From NCBI GenBank assembly GCA_002719615.1, contig PBHZ01000002.1:49007-113006 (forward strand): DNA of 64,000 nucleotides, given 5' to 3'. Under the pieces are notes generated by a model. That model worked only from the letters and a program-made list of their open reading frames with translations. It was not told where the DNA came from and ran no database searches. Origin of the DNA: Methanobacteriota archaeon. Lineage in GTDB: Archaea; Thermoplasmatota; Poseidoniia; Poseidoniales; Thalassarchaeaceae. Shown one piece after another: positions 1 through 12,300 of this stretch; position 1 is the first letter of the stretch, and each line of letters opens with the position of its first letter. The position numbers were made by a program, and so were the translations under genes.

Positions 1-2
1 AA

Positions 3-131
3 ACTCTAGCTAATGAAATCTTAGAAGATGTTTTATCTCCCGTAAAAGCCATGGCCGCCACTGTGAATATCTCTAAACTGGATATTATTGATTCAGGTAA
101 GATTGGTTGCTCAGTAAGTAGACTAAAATAA
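3..131 (+). CDS. 3' end of an unidentified protein-coding gene (5' part lies outside the window)
   Basis: Frame 3 is open from the window edge to TAA at 129-131 (..LANEILEDVLSPVKAMAATVNISKLDIIDSGKIGCSVSRLK*). No recognisable motif. Confidence 0.3.
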   Translation, partial: TLANEILEDVLSPVKAMAATVNISKLDIIDSGKIGCSVSRLK

Positions 132-149
132 TTTTATTTATATTTTCTA

Positions 150-234
150 TGGTGCTGGGAGTGGGATTTGAACCCACGAAGGCCTTGCCACCGGAGCTTA
201 AGTCCGGCCCCTTTGACCGCTCGGGTATCCCAGC
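150..234 (-). tRNA. tRNA-Leu (anticodon UAA), class II with long variable arm, CCA encoded
   Basis: Reverse complement reads GCUGGGA..CCGGA-CUUAAGC-UCCGG..long variable arm..GUGGG-UUCAAAU-CCCAC-UCCCAGC-A-CCA. It has a 7-bp acceptor stem, a T-loop UUCAAAU, and anticodon loop CUUAAGC giving UAA. Confidence 0.9.
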
Positions 235-314
235 AAGCCTATCGCCGAGGCTTCTTGCTTTCAATCGAACTGATAATTAACACCATATTACGATGCATAC
301 AGTGTACTAACTTC

Positions 315-329
315 CCGAACGTTTTAACA
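315..329 (+). promoter_or_regulatory. BRE/TATA-like promoter element CCGAAC-GTTTTAACA about 25 nt upstream of the GTG start at 351 (would imply a leaderless or near-leaderless mRNA)
   Basis: A purine-rich CGAA-type BRE-like element sits directly 5' of an A/T-rich box. A similar CGAAC + GTTAAAAC/GTTTTAAC arrangement recurs at 22425-22440 and 20365-20378. Confidence 0.3.
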
Positions 330-350
330 TTTTGAATACATCCGGGGGTC

Positions 351-3296
351 GTGGCAAATAGTCCTTCATTGGTTATAACTCTTAAAAGTGCTAAAATAGC
401 ACTTTTCCTAACAATGTTACTTTTAGCGCCCGTTTATTCACCACTTAATTCAAATTTGGAAGAAAATAAGGCAGTAGCAGACACATCTTATGTATCAAAA
501 AATACAAATTTGTATAGGCTATATTTTGCAGAACAAAATTCTAATGATTCTGGAGGAGGAGATGGAACAATAACAACCAAAGTTCCTGAGGATGGTGGAC
601 AGAAAACTGGAAGTGCTCTAGACAGCTCCATAGAATTTACAACACCAAAACTACGTTCTTCTATAGACTTTGAGACTCGCTCCTCGAGTGAACAGTCGAA
701 TTATTATGTTCCCTTGTATTTATTCATAAGGGCATCGGGCCCTAGTGGATCTAGTGTTGAATGGACCGTCACTCTGAAAGCCTCAGGTTCACAAATAGGT
801 TCTGCAACATTTAGTGCTGATGCCTGCGTTTCCGGTCTAACAAGTAGTTGTGGTGACTTTGATTATGAAATATTTTCAATTGATGTCGGCTCAAGGGATG
901 TATTTACTGTTTCCAAAGATCAAAGACTCGAAGTTATTGTTGATGCTTCGATGTCTGGATGCGATGGAGGGGGATTATTCTCATCATGTGAAGCTGAAGT
1001 TGCATGGAATGAAATCACTGGAGAAAATAGACATTCAAGTATAGAAGTGGATGCTAATGCTATTTCAGATAGTTTAATCATGGTACAAAGGGAAGGTTCT
1101 GAGTTAATCGAAGGGCCAGAACTAACTTGGTATCCTAATGATATAATTTCTGAGAGAACTATGCAATTTACCTTTGATGTTAAAAGTGCTTTTGGAAGAG
1201 ATGACATCGCGGATGTAAAGCTTCTGATGCGAGATCCTGACGGAATTTACAGAATAGATAAAGATATAGATTCATTAGATGACGAAGATATTGAAGATAC
1301 TTCATCTGGAATATTTGGTAAATACTTGTGGACCTATCCAATCGGCCCTAATGGATTAATTTCTGGAGAATATTCAGTTGAACTTGAAATAACTGATATT
1401 CAAGGTCACACAACTGTAATTGAGCATGAAACTATTCAAATGAAACAATGGGGTGTAGCTTTAAACCACAGATTTGATAGGTATGTAGAATTCATTGCTC
1501 CAGGAGAAACTACTCCAATTCCACTACAATTAGTTCATCGAGGAGACTCGACAAAATCAATGGACGTAGAATTAAATGTTCAAACTTCATTGGGTAGTTC
1601 CTGGCAGATTGAATTTGATTCACCAGGAGGCTACACATTAGACCAAGGAGGAGACATTCTAAATCCTATTCTGTCATTAAGAGCCCCTGATGACTTGAGT
1701 CGAACCCCCGGGAAAATAAAAATTACTGCGCAGGCTGAAGCCTTGAACGATGAAGGGATTCTTACCGTAGTTCATTCAGATTTATTGGAATTAGAACTAG
1801 AAAAGATAGATGTTTATCAACCTCCTGAGATATCTCTTTGGTCTGAAGAACATGATATCGCCATAGCGAATTCTACCAGAGGTGACTCAATAGATCCCAA
1901 TATACCTAGGTATGTCGAATACGGAGAATTTAATCCATTTATCCTCGAGGTTTTTAATACCGGTTTCGATGCCGACTCCTTCAGAATCGATATTTTGAAG
2001 CGTTCAAAGGCCATTTTCCAAGTATTTGATAATGATACCGGGAATAGAATTTTAGAAGATGAAGGTGATGGGACTTTTCATATTCCACTTTTAGAAAGAC
2101 ACTCGACTCAAACTTTGAAATTTAGTGTAAAACCTTCAGATGACAGGGAAGATGAAGATATTGGACAAATCGAACTGGAAATAATTAGTGAAGGCAATGC
2201 TTCTTTACGTTCAACTATTTTATTCACAATTCAAAGAACATTTGGAATAAGGGCCGAAGTATCTCATGATTGCGATGGGACACCTCTTGGTCAAATAGAA
2301 GTTTCACTTTGCTCTTCAAATTCTGATAATCCAACCGTTGACTTAAGGGCTAGAATAACAAATACTATGGAGAACGATCAAACTTCAACTCAATGGAGAA
2401 TACAAAATCCTGCCTCACTTGATAAAAATCTAGATATTAATCCAGTTTATGGTCAATGGCAGTTCACGGTCAAAGATAAGGATGGAGTATCTGTTCCAAG
2501 GGTCACATTAGGGCCCGATGATTACACTGAAGTTTTTGTTTCAATAACATTAACTGACCAAGTTGAAGCAGGAAATCATACCGTCTACCTAAGAATAATT
2601 GAAGATACAGAAGATCCTAATCCTCGATATTTTGATTTGCCGATGATTTTTGAAGTCGGCGAAGGAGATCCGGATTTAGAAATAGTACAAGTATCTCCGA
2701 TTTCGAGATTCATGCCAGGAGATTCCTATTCAATACAGATGAAAGTACGCAATGAAGCCAACACTCCAATTACCGTACTATTGGATTCTAGCGTCGAAGA
2801 AACAGGATGGAGCATAACAATAGAGGGAAAATCTGGATCTCCATTAATTGAATTGGATGCTTTTGATGAAGAAACATTTACTGTTGACTTGACAGTTCCA
2901 GAAGATGCGAATAACGGAGACAGAATACCAATTTCTATTACTGCGTCGCCCTTAGATACAGAGCAAAGTTTTTCTGATGAGTTCACCGCAAAATTTGAAC
3001 TCAATGCCGTTATAGAAATTTCTTCAATTAGTGAAATAATAATTAACGAGATTACGCATCCGAGATTTTCAACAATGATTTTTGCTTTAGTCTCAATTTT
3101 AATCATTTTTGCAGGTGTACAAAGTCGTTTGAATAAGAGAAAATGGGCAGCTCAAATAGCATATTTAGAAATGATATCTGATGATGGTAAAAATGATTTA
3201 TCAATCTCTCAAGAAGACAATATTCCATCTCCAATCCTAGCAGTGGAAGAAGAAATTCCTGATAAATATGACCAAGATGACATAGAACTCGTTTGA
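351..3296 (+). CDS. Large cell-surface protein (981 aa): N-terminal signal/anchor, repeated Ig/CARDB/NEW3-like beta-sandwich modules, C-terminal TM helix plus acidic cytoplasmic tail
   Basis: Long ORF with GTG start. The N-terminus KSAKIALFLTMLLLAPVYS is signal-like. Repeated modules have CARDB-like signatures (e.g. PGDSYSIQMKVRNEANTPITVLLD...FTVDLTVPEDANNGDRIPISITASP). C-terminal TM FSTMIFALVSILIIFAGV is followed by RLNKRK. Many N-x-S/T sequons. Confidence 0.8.
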   Translation: MANSPSLVITLKSAKIALFLTMLLLAPVYSPLNSNLEENKAVADTSYVSKNTNLYRLYFAEQNSNDSGGGDGTITTKVPEDGGQKTGSALDSSIEFTTPKLRSSIDFETRSSSEQSNYYVPLYLFIRASGPSGSSVEWTVTLKASGSQIGSATFSADACVSGLTSSCGDFDYEIFSIDVGSRDVFTVSKDQRLEVIVDASMSGCDGGGLFSSCEAEVAWNEITGENRHSSIEVDANAISDSLIMVQREGSELIEGPELTWYPNDIISERTMQFTFDVKSAFGRDDIADVKLLMRDPDGIYRIDKDIDSLDDEDIEDTSSGIFGKYLWTYPIGPNGLISGEYSVELEITDIQGHTTVIEHETIQMKQWGVALNHRFDRYVEFIAPGETTPIPLQLVHRGDSTKSMDVELNVQTSLGSSWQIEFDSPGGYTLDQGGDILNPILSLRAPDDLSRTPGKIKITAQAEALNDEGILTVVHSDLLELELEKIDVYQPPEISLWSEEHDIAIANSTRGDSIDPNIPRYVEYGEFNPFILEVFNTGFDADSFRIDILKRSKAIFQVFDNDTGNRILEDEGDGTFHIPLLERHSTQTLKFSVKPSDDREDEDIGQIELEIISEGNASLRSTILFTIQRTFGIRAEVSHDCDGTPLGQIEVSLCSSNSDNPTVDLRARITNTMENDQTSTQWRIQNPASLDKNLDINPVYGQWQFTVKDKDGVSVPRVTLGPDDYTEVFVSITLTDQVEAGNHTVYLRIIEDTEDPNPRYFDLPMIFEVGEGDPDLEIVQVSPISRFMPGDSYSIQMKVRNEANTPITVLLDSSVEETGWSITIEGKSGSPLIELDAFDEETFTVDLTVPEDANNGDRIPISITASPLDTEQSFSDEFTAKFELNAVIEISSISEIIINEITHPRFSTMIFALVSILIIFAGVQSRLNKRKWAAQIAYLEMISDDGKNDLSISQEDNIPSPILAVEEEIPDKYDQDDIELV

Positions 3297-3315
3297 TTAT
3301 TTTTGATATGTGTAT

Positions 3316-3329
3316 GAACTACGCTCCAT
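3316..3329 (+). promoter_or_regulatory. Conserved 14-nt upstream element GAACTACGCTCCAT, copy 1 (46 nt from its end to ATG 3375)
   Basis: Identical 14-mer at 41431-41444 upstream of the other TSP3-repeat giant gene. Both copies are preceded by TGTnn. It is GC-richer than the surrounding intergenic DNA. Confidence 0.4.
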
Positions 3330-3374
3330 TCTTCTTAAGACCCTCATATATCGCCATTGTTTCAAGGTAGTTTC

Positions 3375-6300
3375 ATGGATGCTCTGTTTTCGAAACCTGA
3401 TGGCGAAATACAACTCAGAAAGAGTCGTTCAGCCGTATTATTCAGTATGATAATGCTGGGGGCATCTTTATCTGCATTAGAATTTGGTATTTGGGAAGCA
3501 ATGGCAACTACTGATCAAGATGGTGATGGGTTAAGTTATGGTCTTGAGTTTTTTATAAATACCCAACCTCAAGATTGGGATACCGATAATGATGGTTTAC
3601 CTGATGGCTGGGAATGGCAATATGGGCTGGATCCATTGTCTTCTTCTGGAGATAATGGATCAACCGGAGACCCAGATATGGACTCATTGAATAATTTGAA
3701 TGAATATTTATATTCTATACCTTCTAATTGGGATTTTTCTGGCACTCCTAATGTATTAGATAATGGAGTGTGGTGGAATGGTACTGTTCCAGTAAGTAAT
3801 TGGGATGAAGAAAGTGCCATGCAACTACTTCAGGGCTCAGGAGGAGATGGTGCCGATGAAGATCCGAAGGGCAATATTTGTACAGATACCTTTGATAATG
3901 ATCATGATGGATTAGTAGATTCTTTCGATGATGATAATGATGGAGATGCAGATTGTAGTTCAGATGATGATGATGGAGACGGATTAATTGATGAGGACGT
4001 TAATGGTTGGGATACAGATGGTGATGGCATACCTGATGGTTGGGAAGTGGCATACGGACTAGATCCAACTTCTAATTCAAATATGGATGGAACGTTTGGA
4101 GATCCTGATGGCGACGGACTGATAAATCTCTATGAATATGTCAATCCTGCATGGAATACAAGAAACGGGAGTACATTCCCGCCCACCCAGTATTTTAGAC
4201 CAGGTCCTATTAACATGACCTTCACTACCTCTCCTTGTAATCCTGTTCTTGACTTAGGGCCAGGTGGATGTGAGATATTTACAGCCGAAGTAGATGGAAT
4301 TACTCAGACTGATCCTCAAAATAATGATACTGACGGAGATGGACTTAATGATTCATATGAGGCCTTAATCTTACTAACAGATCCAACCGAAGTTGATACT
4401 GATGGTGATGGCATATTCGATGGAATTGAAGTAAATGGCCTTTATGGATTCCCAGAACAACCTTCAGACCCAAGAGATAACAATACAGATGACGATCATT
4501 TGGATGATGGGGAAGAAGATGTTAATGGAAATGGTATTGTTGATGAGGGAGAAACAGATCCAACTAGGATAGAAGATGAAGGAGATATTGATAATGATGG
4601 ATTACAAAACTGGGAAGAAAACCTTACTTGTACCTTTTGGAATGTCTCAGATTCGGACGGTGGAGGAATAAATGATGGAGATGAATTAGATTTCATGAGG
4701 AATACCAATCCTTGTATTTCAACAATAGATTTAGAATTTATTATATTAAATTGGGATTCTGATGTTAATTCCCTACAATTAAATTCTACTGAAAACATAA
4801 ACCCAAATCCAATCGATTGGAGACAGAATGATGTTCCTATGGCTTATTATGTATTATCATCTGGTAATTTGACAGGTTTTAGATTCTCCAGTGTCGTTGG
4901 AGATACTCTAAGGGGAATAGATACCGATGCACCATTAGGAGTCACGTCAATAATCATTACTAATGGTTCATGGTGTTGGAATGCTACAGCAGGAGCCGTT
5001 AATGATCCTCATTGTGATGATGATTATCCAGATTTAGATTCTGACGGCTTAGCAGACTGGGAAGAATTAGAAGGTACTTGGGGATTTATTTCACGAATAA
5101 ACATGACAGATTCTGATGGTGATGGTGTCGATGATTTATCTGAAATCCAAAATTCCACTGATCCTTTGGAACCCTGTCATAATTTATTAGACACAGATGG
5201 TGATGGTTTGAATAACTATTTCGAAAATAATACTGGTTGCAGATTATCTTTTGGTATATCTCCGGGTAACCTGACTCTAGATACTTACCTTACGCTCTGG
5301 AATCAATCAGATTCGGATAATGGAGGGGTTTCTGATGGTCAAGAATATATAGATGGTACTAATCCACAGAATAATCCTGCTGATGATATTAATCCCACCG
5401 ATACTGATGGTGATGGAATACCCGATACTATTGAACAAGATATTGGTACTGATTGGCTAGATCCTGATACTGACGGAGGGGGAATTCCAGACGGACAAGA
5501 ATGTCCAGAATCATTTTGGTCGAGTAATTGTGTAGATTCTAATACTGACCCATTCAATTCTTCCGACGATATCGTGTTCAATTCTTTATTTTTTACCGCT
5601 TCTAATTTATCCGATGGGGCAGATCCAAATCTGAAACATTATTGGAGATGGCACACTTATGATTCATACACTGGCGTTTCGTGGGGTGTTAATTCCTCTT
5701 TAATTGGAAATAGTTTAATCCTTCCGCCATCAAATATTTCTCAAGGTATTTCCGATCCTGCTTTTTGGAATTCGTCTTCTGCAACCGATTGGGAAATACT
5801 ATTTGATAGTGGATTAATGACTCCTGGAATTGAGTTAATTGCTCCTTATAATGTATTTGAATTTGATAGTTGGACAGAATTTACCGCTGGTTTAAATTAC
5901 TCAAACTTTACTAGAGATATAATCATTGATACTTCAAATATTGATTCATTATTCGTTTCTGCACCAGAGGTTATTTTTTCCGATAACATAAGAGAAAACT
6001 CCACAGTTTTCACTGCTAGTAGTTATGCTACAGACTTACCAGAATCATATCTTTCAAACGCTGGGCAACTAGTGAACAATATTACTCAACAAGTAATTAA
6101 TGACTCAGGTGCAGTATCTGCTTGGGATAAAATACTAGCTATACAAGATTTTATCATAAATGGAAATGATACAGTTACTTTCTTGAGAAATCACGATGGA
6201 TCTTCGAGGCCAGTTGGTTTAGATACTGATAGCGACATTTCTCATTGGATTTTGAATTCCTCCTTTGAGGGGAGTTGTGATGAATTTACATCTCTATTTA

Positions 6301-9300
6301 CTGTCATGTTGAGGCATGCAGGAATGCCTACCAGAAAGGTCACTGGATTTGCAGGTGGCGATTGGGACGGCAAGTCATTTAATGTGTATGGCAAAGATTT
6401 CACTTGGTGGTCTGAAGTACATCTGCAAACAAATCAAAACCAAGGAAATCTCGATATGGGCTGGATTCCATTTGAAGCATGTCCCAGTATGTCATTAGTC
6501 GAAGTAGAAAATTTATCTTGGTATCCTGATTCAATAAAACGGGATCTTAGTGGTGATAATATTTCAGTTGAAGGAATTTTACAGTTTGTTGGCAATTCAT
6601 CCGTCGCCCCGAATATTGATTTATCATTATACTTGATCTCTCCATCGGAAATCTCTAATATCCCTGGTTCAGCATCCTTAGATGAGTATTTAGTTGCAAT
6701 AACTACTACTGATGAAAATGGTTTATTTAATCTCTCAGGATTACCATCAGAAGTTATAAGTCCTGGTTATGGATCATTAGTAATTCAGACGTCCAAGAAA
6801 AATTATGTTGGTGACCAAGGAATAAGTTTTTCTTGGACGATAAATATCACGGATGATGTCAATATTACCATAATTGAACCATTGCCTGTAAACCAACCAA
6901 TGTTAGGTGTAGGAGTAAATACTACTATATCTGGCCAAATGGCTTGGGAAAGTAATCCTAAAATAGACCCAACTCTGGTTGATAATTTAGAATTACAACT
7001 TAGCTATTCGACCTCTCTCGATGGAGATGTAATTATTTCTTCTGAAATAGGTGCAGGAGGATATTTTGAATTTATTATTCCAATACAGGATAATGAACCT
7101 CTTGGTATAATTACCGCAACCTTGGATTTCTTCGGCTGGCATCAAGATGATTTGAATAATTTATCTTCTCCATTGTATCATGCTAATCCGAAATCAATCA
7201 CATTACCACTTAACATCACCCCATCCCCGAATATGTCCATATCCTTAGAGAGCAGTAATCTGAATAATTCAATCATTGATATTAACTCCTTTATTTACAT
7301 GAATGGAACGGTACTGAGCCGAGGACTCAACCCAAGCGCAGTTAATGGTACATTGTCATTAGATATGCGCAGATCGGATTTAAATGGTCCTTATGTAAAT
7401 TTAAAGAACTGGATTCTAAATTCTTCATCATGGATTGGAACTCCCGGAGATTTTGAGATTGAATGGTTTTTCAATGAATCTGAAGTACCAATACCTGCAG
7501 GTCCAGTAGAAGTTAAATTCCAATTTAATGCTGATAATTTATCTGCTACGGATCAAGAAACATTTACGGATATTTACGGGATTAGGAGTGAAATAAATTT
7601 TAATTATACACTTTCTCCTGATATGAGAGGTGCTCCGATTGAAGTTGACGTACTATTAACAGATCATACGGGGACATCTCTTGCAAGCTTTTTTGGAGAC
7701 TATAGTCTAGATTTTGATGGTTCTCAAGTATGGAATCTTTCAGATCCTATTACTCCAAGATTATCAGTTGAGTGGACACCATCTTTAGATACTGTTCCCG
7801 GCGATTATTCATGGGAACTATATTATAATGGCTCCACTTGGCTAAAACCTTCAAGTATTTCAGATCAAATAAGAATTAGAGGTAGGGCTAATGTTACTAC
7901 AAACATCGGTTCTGAATGGTCTCAAGGAGGAGATTTGAGCAATCCTAATTGGATTAGTGGAGTTGCCAGAGATATCATCTTGGGAACAACTATTGTTGGC
8001 AATAATTCTTCTATTTCACTTACATTACAAGTCCCTTCGGGATTCCCCCCTTCTCCTGATGGTTTCCCTGCTGCACCAACAGTATATGACTTAGCATTTG
8101 GCTGGATAGATGAACAAACAGGAACTTACAATCTATCCTTCGTAATGCCCGGAGACGTTCCTTCGGGAGTATATGATTTACGTATAGATCTAGATTTTTC
8201 TGCTAATCCTCCTGCTGGTGGAAGATATTATCAAGATAATTCGGTATTACTCGTAAATGCAGGAATACAGTCGAAATTTTTAGTTACCGCCAATGACTCA
8301 TTTGCAATTGTTGTAGCAGGAGATAATATAGAATTAAATGCTACTATTAATGATATCGCAGATTTATCACGACTCTCAAACATAACTGTAGAATTGTATT
8401 TTGATTGGGGTGGACCATTGGAAAATTTATTGCAAGTTAGTCAATCCAATTCCGACGGTATTGTGTCTTTTAGTGCATTAATACCTTCAGATACTATTCC
8501 AGGCTATTATGAAGTAAGAATTTTCGCTCCAGATGATTTGACAGATAATTTAGATGATGAAAATGCAGGCCGTTGGTTGAATAACGAATCTTTTGTCAAT
8601 CTTACCGTACAAGTACCAAGCACTATTCAGATAGATTCTATTCCCTCTGAAGTCACTGCATTACAGTTTTTCACTGTATCTGGTATGGTAATGGATTCAG
8701 TAGATAGTAACAGAACTATACAAGGACCAGTGGATATTGAAATATTTTTCTTAGATGATCCAGACGAAATTTTAATTTCCGATTTCACTACAAATAATAA
8801 TGGAAGCTTCACTGTTTCAGTACCTACTGATGTTTCTGGAGACGGAATCTCTAGCGGGCTAAAGACGCTAATAGTAAGCGTAGTGAATGCATCTAGTCCT
8901 TTTTATCTAACTGGGACGGGGGATGCCAGTATTTTAGTCCGTGGAATAACTAATTTTGTAGATACTATTCCTCTGATTAATACTGTTGTAGATAGAGGAA
9001 ATTCAATATTAATAGGTGCTACACTTATTGAATTTAGCGATAATAATAAGCCATTAAGTGATTTCACTGTTTCAGTTAAATTTCATGATACATGGTTAAT
9101 CGAAAACGTAACTGGAGAAGAAGGAAACGTTGACTTCATATTCACAATCCCCAATAATCATCCATTAGGAGTTGTAAATGTAACATTTTTCTTTAATGGA
9201 TCTGGGACATTACATTCAACTATTAAAACAATCAATACAATAACAATTCGTTCTCCGACATTCATAGAAATTTATCCTATACTTGCCAATCCTTTCCCGG

Positions 9301-12300
9301 GAGACTTTTTTAATATCACTGGCTCTTTAATTTCAGATAATGGTTCAGCATTAATTAATAGACAAGGAACTTTACTAAATCCAACACTTACCTTCTCAAT
9401 AGATGGCGATTTTAATACCTTTACAGTTTCTTCCATATCCACAGATTCCGAAGGTAACTGGTCTGCTGAAATCAGATTAGATCTATCATTCCCCAGAGGC
9501 TCGCATGAAATTGGCGTACTATTTACTCCCGGAGTCGGTTATTTCAGTGAAAGTACAAATAATTCCTTATTTGATAGTAAAGGATATTCTTCACTCTCAA
9601 TTCTCAGTCCATCAGATCTTGATCCAGATAGTAGGACTACAAGGGGGGAATCACTCTCTGTCAATATATCAATTATTGACAATTCAGGACTCCCAGTAAT
9701 TTCTGTACCATTTGATATCAGTATTGAAGATGTTGTATTGGCAACAGGTTTCACCGATTCCAATGGAGAATCATCATCAATTATTTCTATAGATTCATTT
9801 ACTTCTCCTGGTCCTATAAAAATAGATGTCTCTTTTAGTGGCATAAATGGGACAACAGGTCTTCTTGGTGACGAATCTTGGACCAGAGTAGTGGTATTAG
9901 CCCCAACAATAATAGAGATACTAGAAATTAATGGGTCATTTATTGCTGGTGAAAAAATAACCTTCTCAGGTACTCTAACAGATGAACACGGACAAAGCTT
10001 ATTTGAAGGAGAAGAAAATTCAGGAGGAATCTTACATCTCTACATCGACAATGTCGATGTTGGGCCATTATACACTACTCAATCCAATGCGACTACGAAT
10101 TTTTGGAATATAAATTATGATGTTCCTTCAGATATAGATTATGGTCAACACTCGGCTTCTTTAAAATTCCTAGGAGGATTCACATGGGTAGATCCAATGG
10201 GTCAAGGAGATTCACTCAATCCTGAATATTATTTGCAATCTTCTGCTGATATTAACTTTAATATTTCTCAATTATCTCAAGTAATAATCACTACTCCAAC
10301 GACAGAAGTTGATCGTAATGATCTCGTTTTGATCGAAGGTCAATTAACTGACAAAGTAGGAAGGGCAATATCCAATAGAAGCTTACAGGTTTTCATGAAT
10401 GAACAGTTTGTGACAGACTTAAACGCCGATGAAAATGGAGAATTTAATGTTTTCATACCAATACCTCCCGACATGGATTTGGGGCCACAAAACGTCAAAA
10501 TAATTTTTACTGGTGAACAATTTATTCTACCTTCTAATTCTTCTACTATATTTGTAGTTCATGGACCGGTATTTCCCTTTGTATTTACTCCCAGTTCGGC
10601 AGCCGTAGGTGATTCTTTAATAATTCAAGGAACTGTAAAAGATAATTTACAAAATGGTTGGTTGTCTAATCATACCATAGAGATTCTCGTTGATGGGGTT
10701 TTGATGGGGATAACTAGCTCTAATTCGACTGGTGGATGGCAATTTGTATGGATTGTGCCAGAATCTTTAGATATTGGTAATCATACATTAACCGCCTTTT
10801 CCCCTGAACAAGGATACCATCGTCAAGGGATGTATGACACAAATCTTACGATAGCCTATCATACCGAAATCTCTCTTTCCGTAGAATCTTCTTCAGTCAC
10901 AAGAGGTGGCGAATGGAAGTTTAATGGAAGATTGTATGAAGGAGATACTCCTTATCAACTGGGGTTAGAAAATAGAGAAATTACAGTTTCATTAGATGGT
11001 GTAGAAATACAGAAATTATTAACAAATAACGATGGTTCATTCATCTATAATCATTCACTAGGTTATCAAATATCTCGAGGAATCCATGATGTCGAGTTTT
11101 CATTTGAAGGAGAATTGTATTATTTATCTTCTGAAACGAATATTTCTACATTTGTTAGATCTGACATACAAATAGAAATTTCGCCAATAACACATACAAT
11201 AATACGAAGTTCTGAAAATCAACCCATAAAAATACAAGGGTTTGTCAGGGAGATTGGAGGGCAGTTTAATGTATTTGAAAATTTAACTCTTAACCTGTAT
11301 TGGGGAGAAAGTAATTTGCCATTTAGAAATGATCCATGGGAAAATTCAGGAACATTCAATTTTCAGATTATTTCTAGTGCTCGTGAATTTATGAATCCTG
11401 GTATCAATATCTTAGAACTGGTGATTCAGTCAGACGACTCTCGTTTCTTGAATGGTGACACGATTGACATCGAAGTAAATGTCCTCGTGCCTGTAGACTT
11501 TGAATTTTCAAATCTTGACATGTCCATTGGTCAGAGAATATTGAAAGGTTCAGTTAATTTAACTGCAAATGATACCGGAGAGCCCTTATCAGGAATTCCA
11601 ATGTCTGCTTTATTACTTAATGGTACCACTACTCATTTTTCCTCTACCAAATTAACAGATGTAGATGGTAAATTTATTTACGAATTTAAATCATTAGCAC
11701 CACTCCCTCCCCTATCTGACAAATCATCATGGGGAGATCTACATGTCCAATTATCTTCAGATTCTAATTTTATTGATCCGGTCAGTTTATCAAAATTAAA
11801 TTTAGAGGGTAATTTAGATATAATTTATGAAGTAAAATCTGATAATTCATTTTTCCAATCAACAATCTTTGGTCTAGGATTTATTTTACTAGTATCATTA
11901 TTAGTAGGTGTATTTATTTTGTTGAATCGTCGTAAAATGTCTGAGATGTCTGAAATTGCTGGTATATTCAATTATGCCTCAGAACTTCTTGAAGCAGGAG
12001 ATGAAGTGAGAGCTGCAATCTATGAATGTTATCAGAATCTTTGTGAAGTTTTTATGCGTAGAGGATTCTTACGTCGTGGTTTCGAAACAGTTAGGGAATT
12101 TGAATTAGCAATAAGGCTAGCATTGCCTGAAATTAGTGAAAATTCATTGGTCTCATTAGATAGAATTTTTGAAGAAGCACGTTACTCTAGTCACGCTTTA
12201 GGGGAAACTGATCGCCAGAATGCACAACACGCTCTTTCTTTGGTCATAAATGAATTAGAAAATTTACAAGAAGTTCCTGATAGATATGAAAATTCAGAAG

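Noticed and set aside
3513-5510. Periodic GATxxxGATGGTGATGG-type DNA repeats that could be mistaken for a satellite or CRISPR-like array
   Set aside because: They are in-frame, degenerate at the DNA level, lack constant repeat/spacer lengths, and translate to DxDxDG calcium-binding motifs. They are a protein-level repeat. I saw no CRISPR array anywhere in the window.
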